Below, piece by piece: positions 35,942 through 45,102 of a stretch of 64,000 bases of DNA. The stretch is from positions 23,972 through 87,971 of the forward strand of contig JAILFK010000008.1 in the NCBI GenBank assembly GCA_024697595.1, written 5' to 3'. A program made the translations under genes and the position numbers. Numbering within the stretch: the stretch's first letter is position 1; the number at the start of each line of letters is the position of its first letter. A model generated the notes under the pieces. The model saw only the letters and a program-made list of their open reading frames with translations, searched no databases and was not told the DNA's origin. The DNA comes from Lachnospiraceae bacterium. Lineage in GTDB: Bacteria; Bacillota; Clostridia; Lachnospirales; Lachnospiraceae.

Positions 35942-37411
35942 CTATTGCCACATATAATTAAGGCTTTCATCTACTTCTATCACCACTTCAACCGGACTAT
36001 CTATCACTCCATATTCATATAACGCTTCTGAAATTCGATGAAAACCATAATCTGTCAAAGGCCAATTATCTACATTATAAAAACAAGGCACGCTTATAAT
36101 AATATTACTTTCGTTCGAATTATCCGCCTCTATTATTTGATCAATTATATAATCATTAATCTCTTCCACTCTGTCACTACCAAAATCACCATCTCTATGT
36201 TCTAGTGCAATAATATTGGAATCCTTGTATGTTTTACCACTCGAGTTTATTCCCAATAACAAACTTAGCAAAACAATTATTAACAATATACCTCTATTCC
36301 GAGATGTCATCTGCGTATTAATATAGCCCAATGCATATACAACACTAAATAACAAAATTCCAATAAACTCTATTTGGACATCTGCTCTTGAAATGTACCA
36401 TGTATTTACTTTCGCCGAAAGCAAAAGACAATATATAAACACAAGCAAAGCCATTAGATTAATTTTTATAAGCAAAGAATTTTGTTCTTTCTTGTAAATA
36501 ACTAATGAAACAACAATTACACTTATTGAAAATATTGCAACCAATATCATATTAATATCTGATGCCATATATGTATATAATGTTGTTTTCAACCTACTTA
36601 TAAACGGCTCTTGCGTTGACAACTGACCTGCTCTAGCGCCATTCAACTCAAAACACATACTTATGGCCCATTCCACACATATTACGAAACTAATAATTCC
36701 ATTTCGTACCATTTGCTGAAAAGAATAGCTTTTTTTAACAAATCTTATGTTTTTAAATACTAAATTCAGCACTAAATAAATTGGCAAAATTTCATTTGAA
36801 AACAAATTAGAAAAAATCGCAAAGTATCCTAACACTAAAAAAATAATATTTTTTAAAATACTATTTTTACTCAAAATAACCACATTATCATCTGCTATAA
36901 CCCACAATAGCAATATCAAATTAAGTAATGTTGGTATTAAATAATTAAAGTAATTATTAACTGTTATAGAATAAAATCCATATTGATTCAACACATCGCC
37001 GCATCTATATATAACAAAGTGTAATACAAAAAAAATAAAAGTAAGTATTATCCCCAGAAATTTATTTTTGTTTTTTGAAATAAATTTATAGAACACTCCA
37101 ACATAAACTGACACTATTACAGAAATCACAATATTATATCCCGTAGAAAGACTTCTTGTAAATCCAAGCTGGGAATTATAAAACATCCTATATGAAATTT
37201 TACTAACAAATGAAAAAAAATTCTCTGGGAACACCTTAATAGGATTAAACTCATTAACATCGGGAACCAGCGCCCTAGAATAATTAATATATTTCCAATC
37301 ATCTGTATCTAATATTGATAATGAATGATATCTTGAAAAGAAAAGATAACACATAATAAATATAGACACAAAAATAAATATACTTGTTAAATCTATTTTT
37401 TTATGCTTCAT
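35942..37411 (-). CDS. Polytopic membrane protein of unknown function (possible GT-C-like)
   Basis: 489 aa, very AT-rich, about 12 TM helices. DTDDW sits after TM1, and the C-terminal domain of about 110 aa is soluble. Confidence 0.4.
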   Translation of the reverse strand: MKHKKIDLTSIFIFVSIFIMCYLFFSRYHSLSILDTDDWKYINYSRALVPDVNEFNPIKVFPENFFSFVSKISYRMFYNSQLGFTRSLSTGYNIVISVIVSVYVGVFYKFISKNKNKFLGIILTFIFFVLHFVIYRCGDVLNQYGFYSITVNNYFNYLIPTLLNLILLLWVIADDNVVILSKNSILKNIIFLVLGYFAIFSNLFSNEILPIYLVLNLVFKNIRFVKKSYSFQQMVRNGIISFVICVEWAISMCFELNGARAGQLSTQEPFISRLKTTLYTYMASDINMILVAIFSISVIVVSLVIYKKEQNSLLIKINLMALLVFIYCLLLSAKVNTWYISRADVQIEFIGILLFSVVYALGYINTQMTSRNRGILLIIVLLSLLLGINSSGKTYKDSNIIALEHRDGDFGSDRVEEINDYIIDQIIEADNSNESNIIISVPCFYNVDNWPLTDYGFHRISEALYEYGVIDSPVEVVIEVDESLNYMWQ

Positions 37412-37462
37412 ACTGATTTATCGCCCCTCTTTTTTCTAAACAAATATATATTTCCTCCCCAC

Positions 37463-37497
37463 AATTTTATTTTGTAAAATTCTGATTAATCCATCCA
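37463..37497 (-). repeat. Copy 2 of the ~36-nt direct repeat, overlapping the last codons of the hydrolase gene
   Basis: See 35902-35938. Confidence 0.7.
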
Positions 37498-38475
37498 TCT
37501 AATCTGTTGCTCTGTTATAAGTTCATATGTTATAACTTCTTCGCCTTCCAAATCAACACGGTGCATATCTACTGCAGTAATTTGACTATTACCATAAGTA
37601 GTATAGTAATAAATCCCCTTATCTGTATTGCAGCAACTACTATAGATTGTATATTCACAAACTTTCGTTCCATCTTCTGATTCACCAAGTCTACAACAAC
37701 CTCGCTGTTGTTCCACTGAACCAAGTATCTTGAAGAATTGTGATACACTAGAGGCCTCATCATCATTAGCAATTGAATTCATTTTAGTAAAGGTTGCTTT
37801 TACAAATCTCGATGCGCTAGATAAGTCTCCCGGAATACCAAATCCTCCCATTCCACGACTATATGGTTCTATCTCAACTTCCGTCATCAATTTATTCTTA
37901 GGAACTTCCGCCGAACAATTCATATAATCCATTAGATGCGTCATATGATAATCAAAGGTAGGGTTGTTGGTCATTACTCCAACTGGATTATCATAAATAT
38001 GGGCTCCATTAACAGTCTGTTCAAATACAATACATCGATTCGCATCAGCAATCATCCAATGTAAACTAGATGCCGGTAACTGTTCACTAAAAGAATCATT
38101 GGTAATATTTATATTTTCTAATAATTCTCTAGCCTCAACCACAGTCTTGCACTTTGATAACAACCAAGGTGTCAATTCAAATGACGCAATATTATACTTT
38201 CCTTCTACAAAATCAGTATAATATGCATTCCCCTGAAAATTCAATCCCGCAGCACTTAAACCATACTCGTTAGTAGCCTCATAATACAGCGGATATCCGT
38301 TCTGAACATAAGCCATACCAATTATAGCAGAATATGTCGATGTACTTTCTACATGCCTAAAATCAAACTTTTTATTCCTAGGTGTTATAGTAACCGTCTC
38401 ATGATATGAATATTCTAAATCTAAATTTCGACCGAAATAATGATCCTTTGTCTTATAAGAAATTGATGTGCACAT
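37486..38475 (-). CDS. Choloylglycine hydrolase family Ntn-hydrolase (bile salt hydrolase / penicillin V acylase type)
   Basis: MCTSISYKTKDHYFGRNLD (Cys2, Arg, Asp), MTNNP (Asn) and SSASRF (Arg). All five catalytic positions of the family are present. Confidence 0.88.
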   Translation of the reverse strand: MCTSISYKTKDHYFGRNLDLEYSYHETVTITPRNKKFDFRHVESTSTYSAIIGMAYVQNGYPLYYEATNEYGLSAAGLNFQGNAYYTDFVEGKYNIASFELTPWLLSKCKTVVEARELLENINITNDSFSEQLPASSLHWMIADANRCIVFEQTVNGAHIYDNPVGVMTNNPTFDYHMTHLMDYMNCSAEVPKNKLMTEVEIEPYSRGMGGFGIPGDLSSASRFVKATFTKMNSIANDDEASSVSQFFKILGSVEQQRGCCRLGESEDGTKVCEYTIYSSCCNTDKGIYYYTTYGNSQITAVDMHRVDLEGEEVITYELITEQQIRWMD

Positions 38476-38497
38476 GATTCTATCACCTCTTTATATA

Positions 38498-39568
38498 TCA
38501 GAGCCTTTGTAGCAACTCCGCCACTATATATATTCCAAACAAAACTACCGCTGGCCAACAGGTTATAAATACTGATATACCCTTTTTTATATCTTTTTCC
38601 TTCAACCAATATGACACCGCATAACCAAATACAAAAATTGGTATAATAATATCTACCATAGCTGTAGTAAGTGCACCACCTAATACTGTGATAAGAATTG
38701 TAAACTTAAGTTCTCTAGTTAACCCACCATCCATAATTTCAAGCATATACTTCCATATCAGCGGCAATATAAACGACAATACCATCGCTTTTCCTTGCCA
38801 GCTTCGAAGCAATAACATAGAACCTAAACTTCTTGTAGAATAACCACCAAACAGCAATATTACTAAGATAAAAAATAGAAAAAGTTCTATTTTCTTCTTA
38901 CTATCCTTTTCTTTAAATAATGTCTGTCCTAACAATGTATAAACCATAAAACAAATTGGAATTATACATACTGGAAAAATTGAATGAGCAAATACAGCCG
39001 GATGAACCCCCGCAAAGACCGAATACGTTGCCATTATCATAGGAAATGGCGCAACAAGCCTTTTTATAGAAAATGATGTCACCTCCAATGCCGTCACAGG
39101 ATCATATCGCATAAGAGAGTCTGTCTGAACTGCTGATACACTCATTGTAACAAATTCGTAGTCATCATCATTTGGCGATTGTAGCACAAACTGTCCTAAC
39201 ATAATCACTATCAATCCTATAATTATAATTATCGTCAATACATCTATTTCATGAAAAAACGCCTTTAAATCCGCAATCCAGTCTGTAATAATATTTACTT
39301 TATAACGGTAAATCCCTATCACGCTTATAATCACACAGAATGTAACCATCAAAGTATTTTGTAAAGCTAATGGCGCTTTCAACAATATAAGTGGAATGCA
39401 ACTAAGCAGATACACAGCCCATATAATACATGTACCCATTACAATATCGCTCAATATAGTACCATTACTCTTAAATATTGTTTTTTCACGAAATGTATAT
39501 CCAATTATTGCTGGAACTAAAAACATTGTCACAAAAACCATACATATGGTTCTAACATCTGATAACAT
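38498..39568 (-). CDS. Polytopic membrane protein, unknown function
   Basis: 356 aa with about 10 TM helices and an acidic loop SPNDDDYEF. Confidence 0.4.
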   Translation of the reverse strand: MLSDVRTICMVFVTMFLVPAIIGYTFREKTIFKSNGTILSDIVMGTCIIWAVYLLSCIPLILLKAPLALQNTLMVTFCVIISVIGIYRYKVNIITDWIADLKAFFHEIDVLTIIIIIGLIVIMLGQFVLQSPNDDDYEFVTMSVSAVQTDSLMRYDPVTALEVTSFSIKRLVAPFPMIMATYSVFAGVHPAVFAHSIFPVCIIPICFMVYTLLGQTLFKEKDSKKKIELFLFFILVILLFGGYSTRSLGSMLLLRSWQGKAMVLSFILPLIWKYMLEIMDGGLTRELKFTILITVLGGALTTAMVDIIIPIFVFGYAVSYWLKEKDIKKGISVFITCWPAVVLFGIYIVAELLQRL

Positions 39569-39576
39569 ATCTACTC

Positions 39577-39993
39577 CTATCTAAACCTAAAGTTATGCAT
39601 CCCTGTTCTATAATCTACTGTTTCAACTCCACGTGAATGTAAATTCTCAGCCAATTCTGCGGCATTATACTGTTCACCTTCCATCTCCCATGCAGGTGTA
39701 TCAAATATTGCAACTCGAGGCTTTACAACATCATAAAAATCTATAGCAAATGAATTATGCCCGTGATGCCCAACCTGTACATACTCTGATTCTATCTCTT
39801 TGCCATACAGGCCAACAATCTCTGGTCCTAAATCATGGCAATCTCCACAGAATAATATACTGTCCTCCTGTCCTGAAACCTTGAACACCAAAGAAGCATT
39901 AATAATCTTTCTAACCTGATCTTAATTTTGCTTCCATCCTGAATCTACCGCTATCAAATTTCCAGAAGTATGATTATACATGGTATAAAACAT
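39577..39993 (-). pseudogene. MBL-fold metallo-hydrolase remnant (internal deletion, stop and frameshift)
   Basis: Hand translation gives MFYTMYNHTSGNLIAVDSGWKQN* (39993-39922). In another frame it gives ...DQVRKIINASLVFKVSGQEDSILFCGD...VQVGHHGHNS... The HxHxDH metal motif that should lie between them is missing. Confidence 0.7.
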
Positions 39994-40005
39994 TCCCTGA
40001 TTACC

Positions 40006-40782
40006 TTACTCATCGACATAATTGGACATAATCCAAGAGCCACCAGCATAAGAATATATATCATAATTATTAACTTCATCGCTTACATACCAACCACAGG
40101 CATTCATCTGATACTTATAATCATCTTTTCCTTCTAGGACTATTCGAGAAACACCCTCTTGTTGTGCAATATTAAGATATTCTTGCAACCCATCTAAATC
40201 GCTATTATCTAGATAGTTCTCAATAAATAAAGGTGTATCCCACCTACCATAATACATTGGTATAGTAGCATCATATTGATGAAGTTCACTCACTATGTTT
40301 TTACTACATATAATTTTTTCCCTACTATAATTATTCGACAAATGCTCAGCCACCCAAATTGTCTCCGCTTTTAGATTATATCTATTAATGGGTTTCGAAA
40401 AATTATCTGTATTAATAATAAACTTTCCTGACAATATCAATGCACACACAAAAATAATCCCAACTATTTTTTTCTTCGTAACATCAACTGAAGACAAAAT
40501 ATCAACAGAAACACACGCAACAAAGAAACCACCTAACAAACACCACAATAGTCTTGAAGCTTCACCTGCAGACGCAATCTTTGAAATCAACATAACCGTT
40601 ATCGGATTTGCCGCAACAATAAAACTCACTAAAAATGGTATAACAAACTTTTCCTTGTTACCCTTTTTCCTTATGAATAAATACAATAAAGCTAGAATCC
40701 ATAGCACCCCATATGCCCCTGTTCCAATAACTCTATCATATATTCCTCTATATGAATCTAAAATATTATTTATTACTTCCAT
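40006..40782 (-). CDS. Membrane protein (4 TM helices plus a soluble C-terminal domain), unknown function
   Basis: 258-aa ORF. Its TAA stop is in frame with the first fragment of the MBL remnant, so it could be the N-terminal part of a disrupted fusion. Confidence 0.4.
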   Translation of the reverse strand: MEVINNILDSYRGIYDRVIGTGAYGVLWILALLYLFIRKKGNKEKFVIPFLVSFIVAANPITVMLISKIASAGEASRLLWCLLGGFFVACVSVDILSSVDVTKKKIVGIIFVCALILSGKFIINTDNFSKPINRYNLKAETIWVAEHLSNNYSREKIICSKNIVSELHQYDATIPMYYGRWDTPLFIENYLDNSDLDGLQEYLNIAQQEGVSRIVLEGKDDYKYQMNACGWYVSDEVNNYDIYSYAGGSWIMSNYVDE

Positions 40783-40883
40783 ATATATTCCCTTAAATAT
40801 TTATTTCTCCAGCACTAACAATTTCTTTACAACTAGTTATAATAAAATCTGAATAGCATTATTCACCACATACTATTTGAACA

Positions 40884-41051
40884 AAACCTCTCACTTGATA
40901 TCCATTGTAGCATTTAATTCAATAAAGCAACACATATATTTAAATACATAACAAAGGTGCACTAAAAAAAGTTAAAGATCAGCTACAACACATAACTCAC
41001 CAATAACTTCTTCGAATCATCACCTTTAATCAATACAATTCTCGCATTAAC
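40884..41051 (-). pseudogene. tspO relic (3' part only, with a 145-nt internal deletion)
   Basis: 40884-40963 aligns to 35295-35375 with about 9 differences. 40965-41051 aligns to 35521-35607 with 20 mismatches in 87. tspO codons 1-65 and nt 35376-35520 have no counterpart. Confidence 0.8.
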
Positions 41052-41065
41052 TTCTCTTAGTTACC

Positions 41066-41407
41066 TCATCCAAAATCATTTGAATCCAACAATTCATATT
41101 TGCATTTCAACTTATGCTTCCATTCCATAGCCTCATTGCTTGTTTTTTTATTATACACAAATACACGAATAAACCTTTTATCATTCAATTTATTTATAAT
41201 CATATCATCTCCACAAGGAAACATTCCAAAAATATCTATTTCGTCTACGAATTCCAGCCCTTCATATAAAAATCTATGCTCAAAAGGAAACATATCTTTT
41301 GCCGGAAATAACTCGGCCGATAGATAAAAGCCATCCACAGATAATAATTCATCTTTTCTAATGCCACTTGGAGTTAGCACTTTATTATCTACGTTGATTT
41401 CTACCAC
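41066..41407 (-). CDS. Hypothetical protein, possibly a 5'-truncated fragment
   Basis: 113-aa ORF that starts at GTG. The frame is open a further 20 codons upstream (to a TAA) without an ATG. No motif recognised. Confidence 0.3.
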   Translation of the reverse strand: MVEINVDNKVLTPSGIRKDELLSVDGFYLSAELFPAKDMFPFEHRFLYEGLEFVDEIDIFGMFPCGDDMIINKLNDKRFIRVFVYNKKTSNEAMEWKHKLKCKYELLDSNDFG

Positions 41408-41527
41408 TTTATGCTTCTTTCTAATATCCTCGATAGCGTAAAATATTTTGTGTAATAAAAATTAGTCATAGAAAAAGGAACGAAATTCTTTTATGATTTT
41501 AATTGACCAAAGCTAAAATTAAAAGGA

Positions 41528-42005
41528 GTGAAATTCGTTCCCATGACCAATGTTTGCACATATTTAATGTCTGCTCTACTTAATAATGAATCTATTGATG
41601 AAGTTTTTCATTCTGAATTTGTAAATGCTGTAAATAAAGTACCATCAACTGAGCATACCGCTTTTCGTGATTACGAGAAATATGATTATTTCGGTAGGAA
41701 CTCTAGGGATTCTCGTAATGGTTTCTATAACAGAACGTAGCCGTTACGTTTGTAACTCTCAATTTATAGATTCTAAAACGTGAAATCAAACATAAGCAGC
41801 AATTTTCGAATGAAGATTCTCTTGAAAAATATGTTTGTAGCTTTTATTGCAACTATAACCAGACAATAGACCGTCGCGTACATAAAGGCTTCAAAGAATG
41901 TCGCTCCGAGCCAGAAGCGATGTTCATATAACTCGCACCAATGTCACTTAGAAGAAGTATTTACACAATAACCTGCTAAACTAATATTGTAACAGCATTG
42001 CATAT
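41528..42005 (+). mobile_element. Decayed IS256-family (Mutator-like) transposase gene remnant
   Basis: The plus-strand ORF ends ...FRDYEKYDYFGRNSRDSRNGFYNRT*, matching the IS256 transposase N-terminal region (...EYERTENRQSQRNGYYERS...). Downstream, the fragment RRSIYT...TNIVTALH resembles the C-terminal IRRxIYTTNxIExLN motif. The catalytic DDE core is absent. Confidence 0.55.
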
Positions 42006-42035
42006 AGTTTGCGAAAAACTTAACTACGCCATCTA

Positions 42036-43103
42036 TTAATTATCACAAAACTCTTTTATTTGTGCTTGCATTACATCAACATAATTTCCACCATGAAGAT
42101 AAGCATCAGACCACTCTACAATCTTTTTCATTGTAGCCTCCACATTCCATCTCGGTTCCCAACCAAACTTATTCTTCAATTTAGAACAATCCAGCTTCAA
42201 AAAATTAGCTTCATGTGGCCCACCATCATATTTATTAATCCACTTTATATTATCACCAGTCACGTCATTCCATGTATTACAGAATAATGTAACTAAATCT
42301 CCTGTAGTCCAACAATCTGTATCATTTGGTCCAACATTATAACTACCTGCATATTGTTCCTTGTTCTCATATTGAGCAGCTGCAATCATTAAATACGCAA
42401 CTACAGGTTCAAGCACATGCTCATATGGGCGTGTAGAAAATGGATTTCTAACAATAATATCATCGCCCGCTTCAGCTGCTCTAATACAATCTGGTATAAT
42501 TCTATCAGTAGCAAAATCTCCTCCTCCAATAACATTACCTGCTCTAGCTGTAGAAACTGCAACAGGTAAATCATTAAAAAATGAATTAATATAACTACTT
42601 GTCACTAATTCAGAGCACGATTTAGAATTTGAATATGGGTCATATCCATTAAGTTCTTCATTCTCTCTATATCCCCATACCCACTCTTTATTTAAATATA
42701 CCTTATCAGTCGTAACATTAACAAATGATTTTACACATGAATTCTGTCTAACAGCTTCACATATATTCACTGTTCCCATTACATTTGTCTCATATGTACC
42801 TACAGGATCCTTATAAGACTCTCTTACCAAAGGCTGAGCCGCCATATGTATTACAATATCAGGTTGTGTTTCATTAAACACTTTCAAAAGATGTTTAAGA
42901 TCACGAACATCTCCAACTATACTATTCATTTTGTTTTCTAATCCACACATTTCAAAAAGAGATGGTTTCGTAGGTGGTTCAAGAGCATAGCCTATAACAT
43001 CTGCTCCAGCCATGATAAGAAGTTGGCACATCCACGAGCCTTTAAATCCTGTATGACCTGTAACTAAAACTTTTTTGTTTTTATAAAATGATAAATCTAA
43101 CAT
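42036..43103 (-). CDS. rfbG: CDP-glucose 4,6-dehydratase
   Basis: FYKNKKVLVTGHTGFKGSWM..., YSNSKSC (YxxxK), and a length and C-terminus typical of RfbG/DdhB. Confidence 0.88.
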   Translation of the reverse strand: MLDLSFYKNKKVLVTGHTGFKGSWMCQLLIMAGADVIGYALEPPTKPSLFEMCGLENKMNSIVGDVRDLKHLLKVFNETQPDIVIHMAAQPLVRESYKDPVGTYETNVMGTVNICEAVRQNSCVKSFVNVTTDKVYLNKEWVWGYRENEELNGYDPYSNSKSCSELVTSSYINSFFNDLPVAVSTARAGNVIGGGDFATDRIIPDCIRAAEAGDDIIVRNPFSTRPYEHVLEPVVAYLMIAAAQYENKEQYAGSYNVGPNDTDCWTTGDLVTLFCNTWNDVTGDNIKWINKYDGGPHEANFLKLDCSKLKNKFGWEPRWNVEATMKKIVEWSDAYLHGGNYVDVMQAQIKEFCDN

Positions 43104-43125
43104 TTATTACCTTCTTTCTAAATAG

Positions 43126-45102
43126 CTAATTATTAAACCATATTTTTAATGAATGCGGCACTATTTTTTTTATAGCATCACGCCTTACGCTATTATATGG
43201 AAAAAGTTTGTTAATAATTCTTTTAAATATTTTTTCTCTATAATTAGCTTTCGAAGCTAAAATCAACTGGTATTTTCGAAGCAAGAACTTAAATGGCGTC
43301 TTTTCAATTGTGTTCATCCAACGAACAGTATATATATTATTTACAATAAAAATATGGTCTTTATTATTAATATTTATTCCCTTAGGTTCTTTTATATCAT
43401 TGTACTCTGTTGTCAGTTCACTAGGCGCTGTGTCGAAATATCCAGTTAATCCATCACTAAAATTGGGCTCATTATATTGTAAATAATTCCACTCCAATCC
43501 GATTTCAGAAATATACCTCCAATATAACTCGTTAAACAACTCATTATCTTCCATTTTTTCAATATTTAAAAGTAAATATTTCTCAACATCTTGCTTAACG
43601 ACTCTTTGTCTAAGGTTATTCAAATTAAACAATATCAAACTTGTATCTTTAAATTTACAAACATGTTCCGCATCTACTTTTGTATCTAACTTTTCATGAA
43701 TATAGTTCCTATGTTTTCCAATCCATTTTATGTCAAATGCAGCTTTTATGTAATCGCCTTCACCTTCTATCATATTTACAAGTTCAGCCACATCTGAATC
43801 AAAAAACATTACATCTTCAACATAAATAACTTTTTCATAATTTTTTAAAATCCATGGCAAAAATAGTTTGTAGTATAAATTTTCCTCATTTCGTTTATTG
43901 TTAAAATAATAGTCTAACTTACCTATATCATGTGCCGGATCATAAAATCTCAATGAAAAATTATCTTTATCGTCAATTATCATTCTTAATAAGTCATTTT
44001 CTTGCTTAATTAAATACATATCCCATTTGCAAGAATTATATGTTTGCTGTAAACAAATTATATCATAGTAATAATTATCATTACTATGATCAATAATACT
44101 TTGTAAAACTGTTGCATAAAAAAATCTATTAGTATCACTTAATGCAAACACAATCGGAACAGTTTTTTCATATTTTTCTGAGCGATTAATTGGTTCTAAT
44201 ATTTTTCTTTTTGATGTATCGTTAAATACTGCTAGCTGTTTCTCCGTCCACTTAATCTGTTTATTTTTTGTCGTATGATAAATCCATATATCATACAACC
44301 ATTCGCTCATATATGCAACATTTCTATGCTGCGTAGTACTATAGCCTTCTGTCTTAGAACGTCTTTCAAATTCCCCTAACAAAGGATATTCAAATTCACA
44401 AAAAGAAAAAAACAATTCTTTTTTCATTATATAGCAATCAAATCCTCTAGAATTTTTTTTCCTATGCATATAGTACTCTGCATCCTTATAGTAATCTGGT
44501 GCTAATTCTTTTATTATATTTAACATAACATCAAAGCTTTTGGGTTCCAAAAAATTGGGACAATTTTTTTCCCAAAGTTCTCTTGCATTTCTACCAGGAA
44601 ATTTGGCTATTGTATCTTTTCCCATTTCATACATAGGTGTTACTATTAAATCCCATTTTTTTATTTCTTCAATAACTTTTTCTTTATCATCTATTCCTAT
44701 TTTTTTTATATTCTCTTCCGTTAATGCATCTAATACCCCTTGTTTAAGTCCTATATTTGGCAATTTTTCTCCAAAATTAAAATATCTTCTGTAATGACAT
44801 AAACCATAATAATCTGCATCAATATTTTTCCAAGCCCAATATTGCACTGTTAATTCACAATAAATCATACGCTTTTCAGATATATTATCACCAGTATCAT
44901 CACCTAACATTTCTACATTTTTTCTTTTATCATATACTGCACCACATCTGACAGGTATATATAATGGATTATCTACAATTTCTGAATCTAAATCAATCCT
45001 ATTTGAAACGAATATTTTTATATCAGGATTATCATTCGTTCCTTTATATTTTAATCGCTCATCATCCGGAATCGCTCTATTATTCTCCATCATTGCCTCC
45101 AT
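43126..45102 (-). CDS. WbbM-like bifunctional transferase: N-terminal DUF4422 (putative galactofuranosyltransferase) plus C-terminal GT8-like domain
   Basis: DUF4422 part is IFVSNRIDLDS...YIPVRCGAV...GDDTGDNISEKR...YCELTVQYWAWKN...YYGLCHYRRYF. C-terminal part is PIVFALSDTNRFFYATVLQSIIDHS...KVIYVEDVMFFDSDV. Confidence 0.6.
   Translation of the reverse strand: MEAMMENNRAIPDDERLKYKGTNDNPDIKIFVSNRIDLDSEIVDNPLYIPVRCGAVYDKRKNVEMLGDDTGDNISEKRMIYCELTVQYWAWKNIDADYYGLCHYRRYFNFGEKLPNIGLKQGVLDALTEENIKKIGIDDKEKVIEEIKKWDLIVTPMYEMGKDTIAKFPGRNARELWEKNCPNFLEPKSFDVMLNIIKELAPDYYKDAEYYMHRKKNSRGFDCYIMKKELFFSFCEFEYPLLGEFERRSKTEGYSTTQHRNVAYMSEWLYDIWIYHTTKNKQIKWTEKQLAVFNDTSKRKILEPINRSEKYEKTVPIVFALSDTNRFFYATVLQSIIDHSNDNYYYDIICLQQTYNSCKWDMYLIKQENDLLRMIIDDKDNFSLRFYDPAHDIGKLDYYFNNKRNEENLYYKLFLPWILKNYEKVIYVEDVMFFDSDVAELVNMIEGEGDYIKAAFDIKWIGKHRNYIHEKLDTKVDAEHVCKFKDTSLILFNLNNLRQRVVKQDVEKYLLLNIEKMEDNELFNELYWRYISEIGLEWNYLQYNEPNFSDGLTGYFDTAPSELTTEYNDIKEPKGININNKDHIFIVNNIYTVRWMNTIEKTPFKFLLRKYQLILASKANYREKIFKRIINKLFPYNSVRRDAIKKIVPHSLKIWFNN

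Noticed and set aside
38421-38609. 62-aa minus-strand ORF bridging the hydrolase and the 356-aa membrane-protein genes (and nested ORFs at 4101-4295, 6915-7097, 9060-9242, 37569-37772 and 57845-58093)
   Set aside because: They are out-of-frame overlaps within or across strongly supported genes, with no independent RBS or motif.
40388-40852. 154-aa plus-strand ORF (and likewise 52653-53120 at 155 aa, 13633-14007, 48926-49297, 13992-14339)
   Set aside because: All lie antisense to well-supported minus-strand genes, have Ser/Leu/Ile/Phe-rich composition typical of antisense frames in AT-rich DNA, and lack an RBS or recognisable motifs.
41476-41545. Inverted repeat GGAACGAA...TTCGTTCC as an IS terminal inverted repeat
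   Set aside because: It is only an 8-bp perfect match with about 45 nt between the arms, both on the same side of the transposase relic. That is not the geometry of IS ends.
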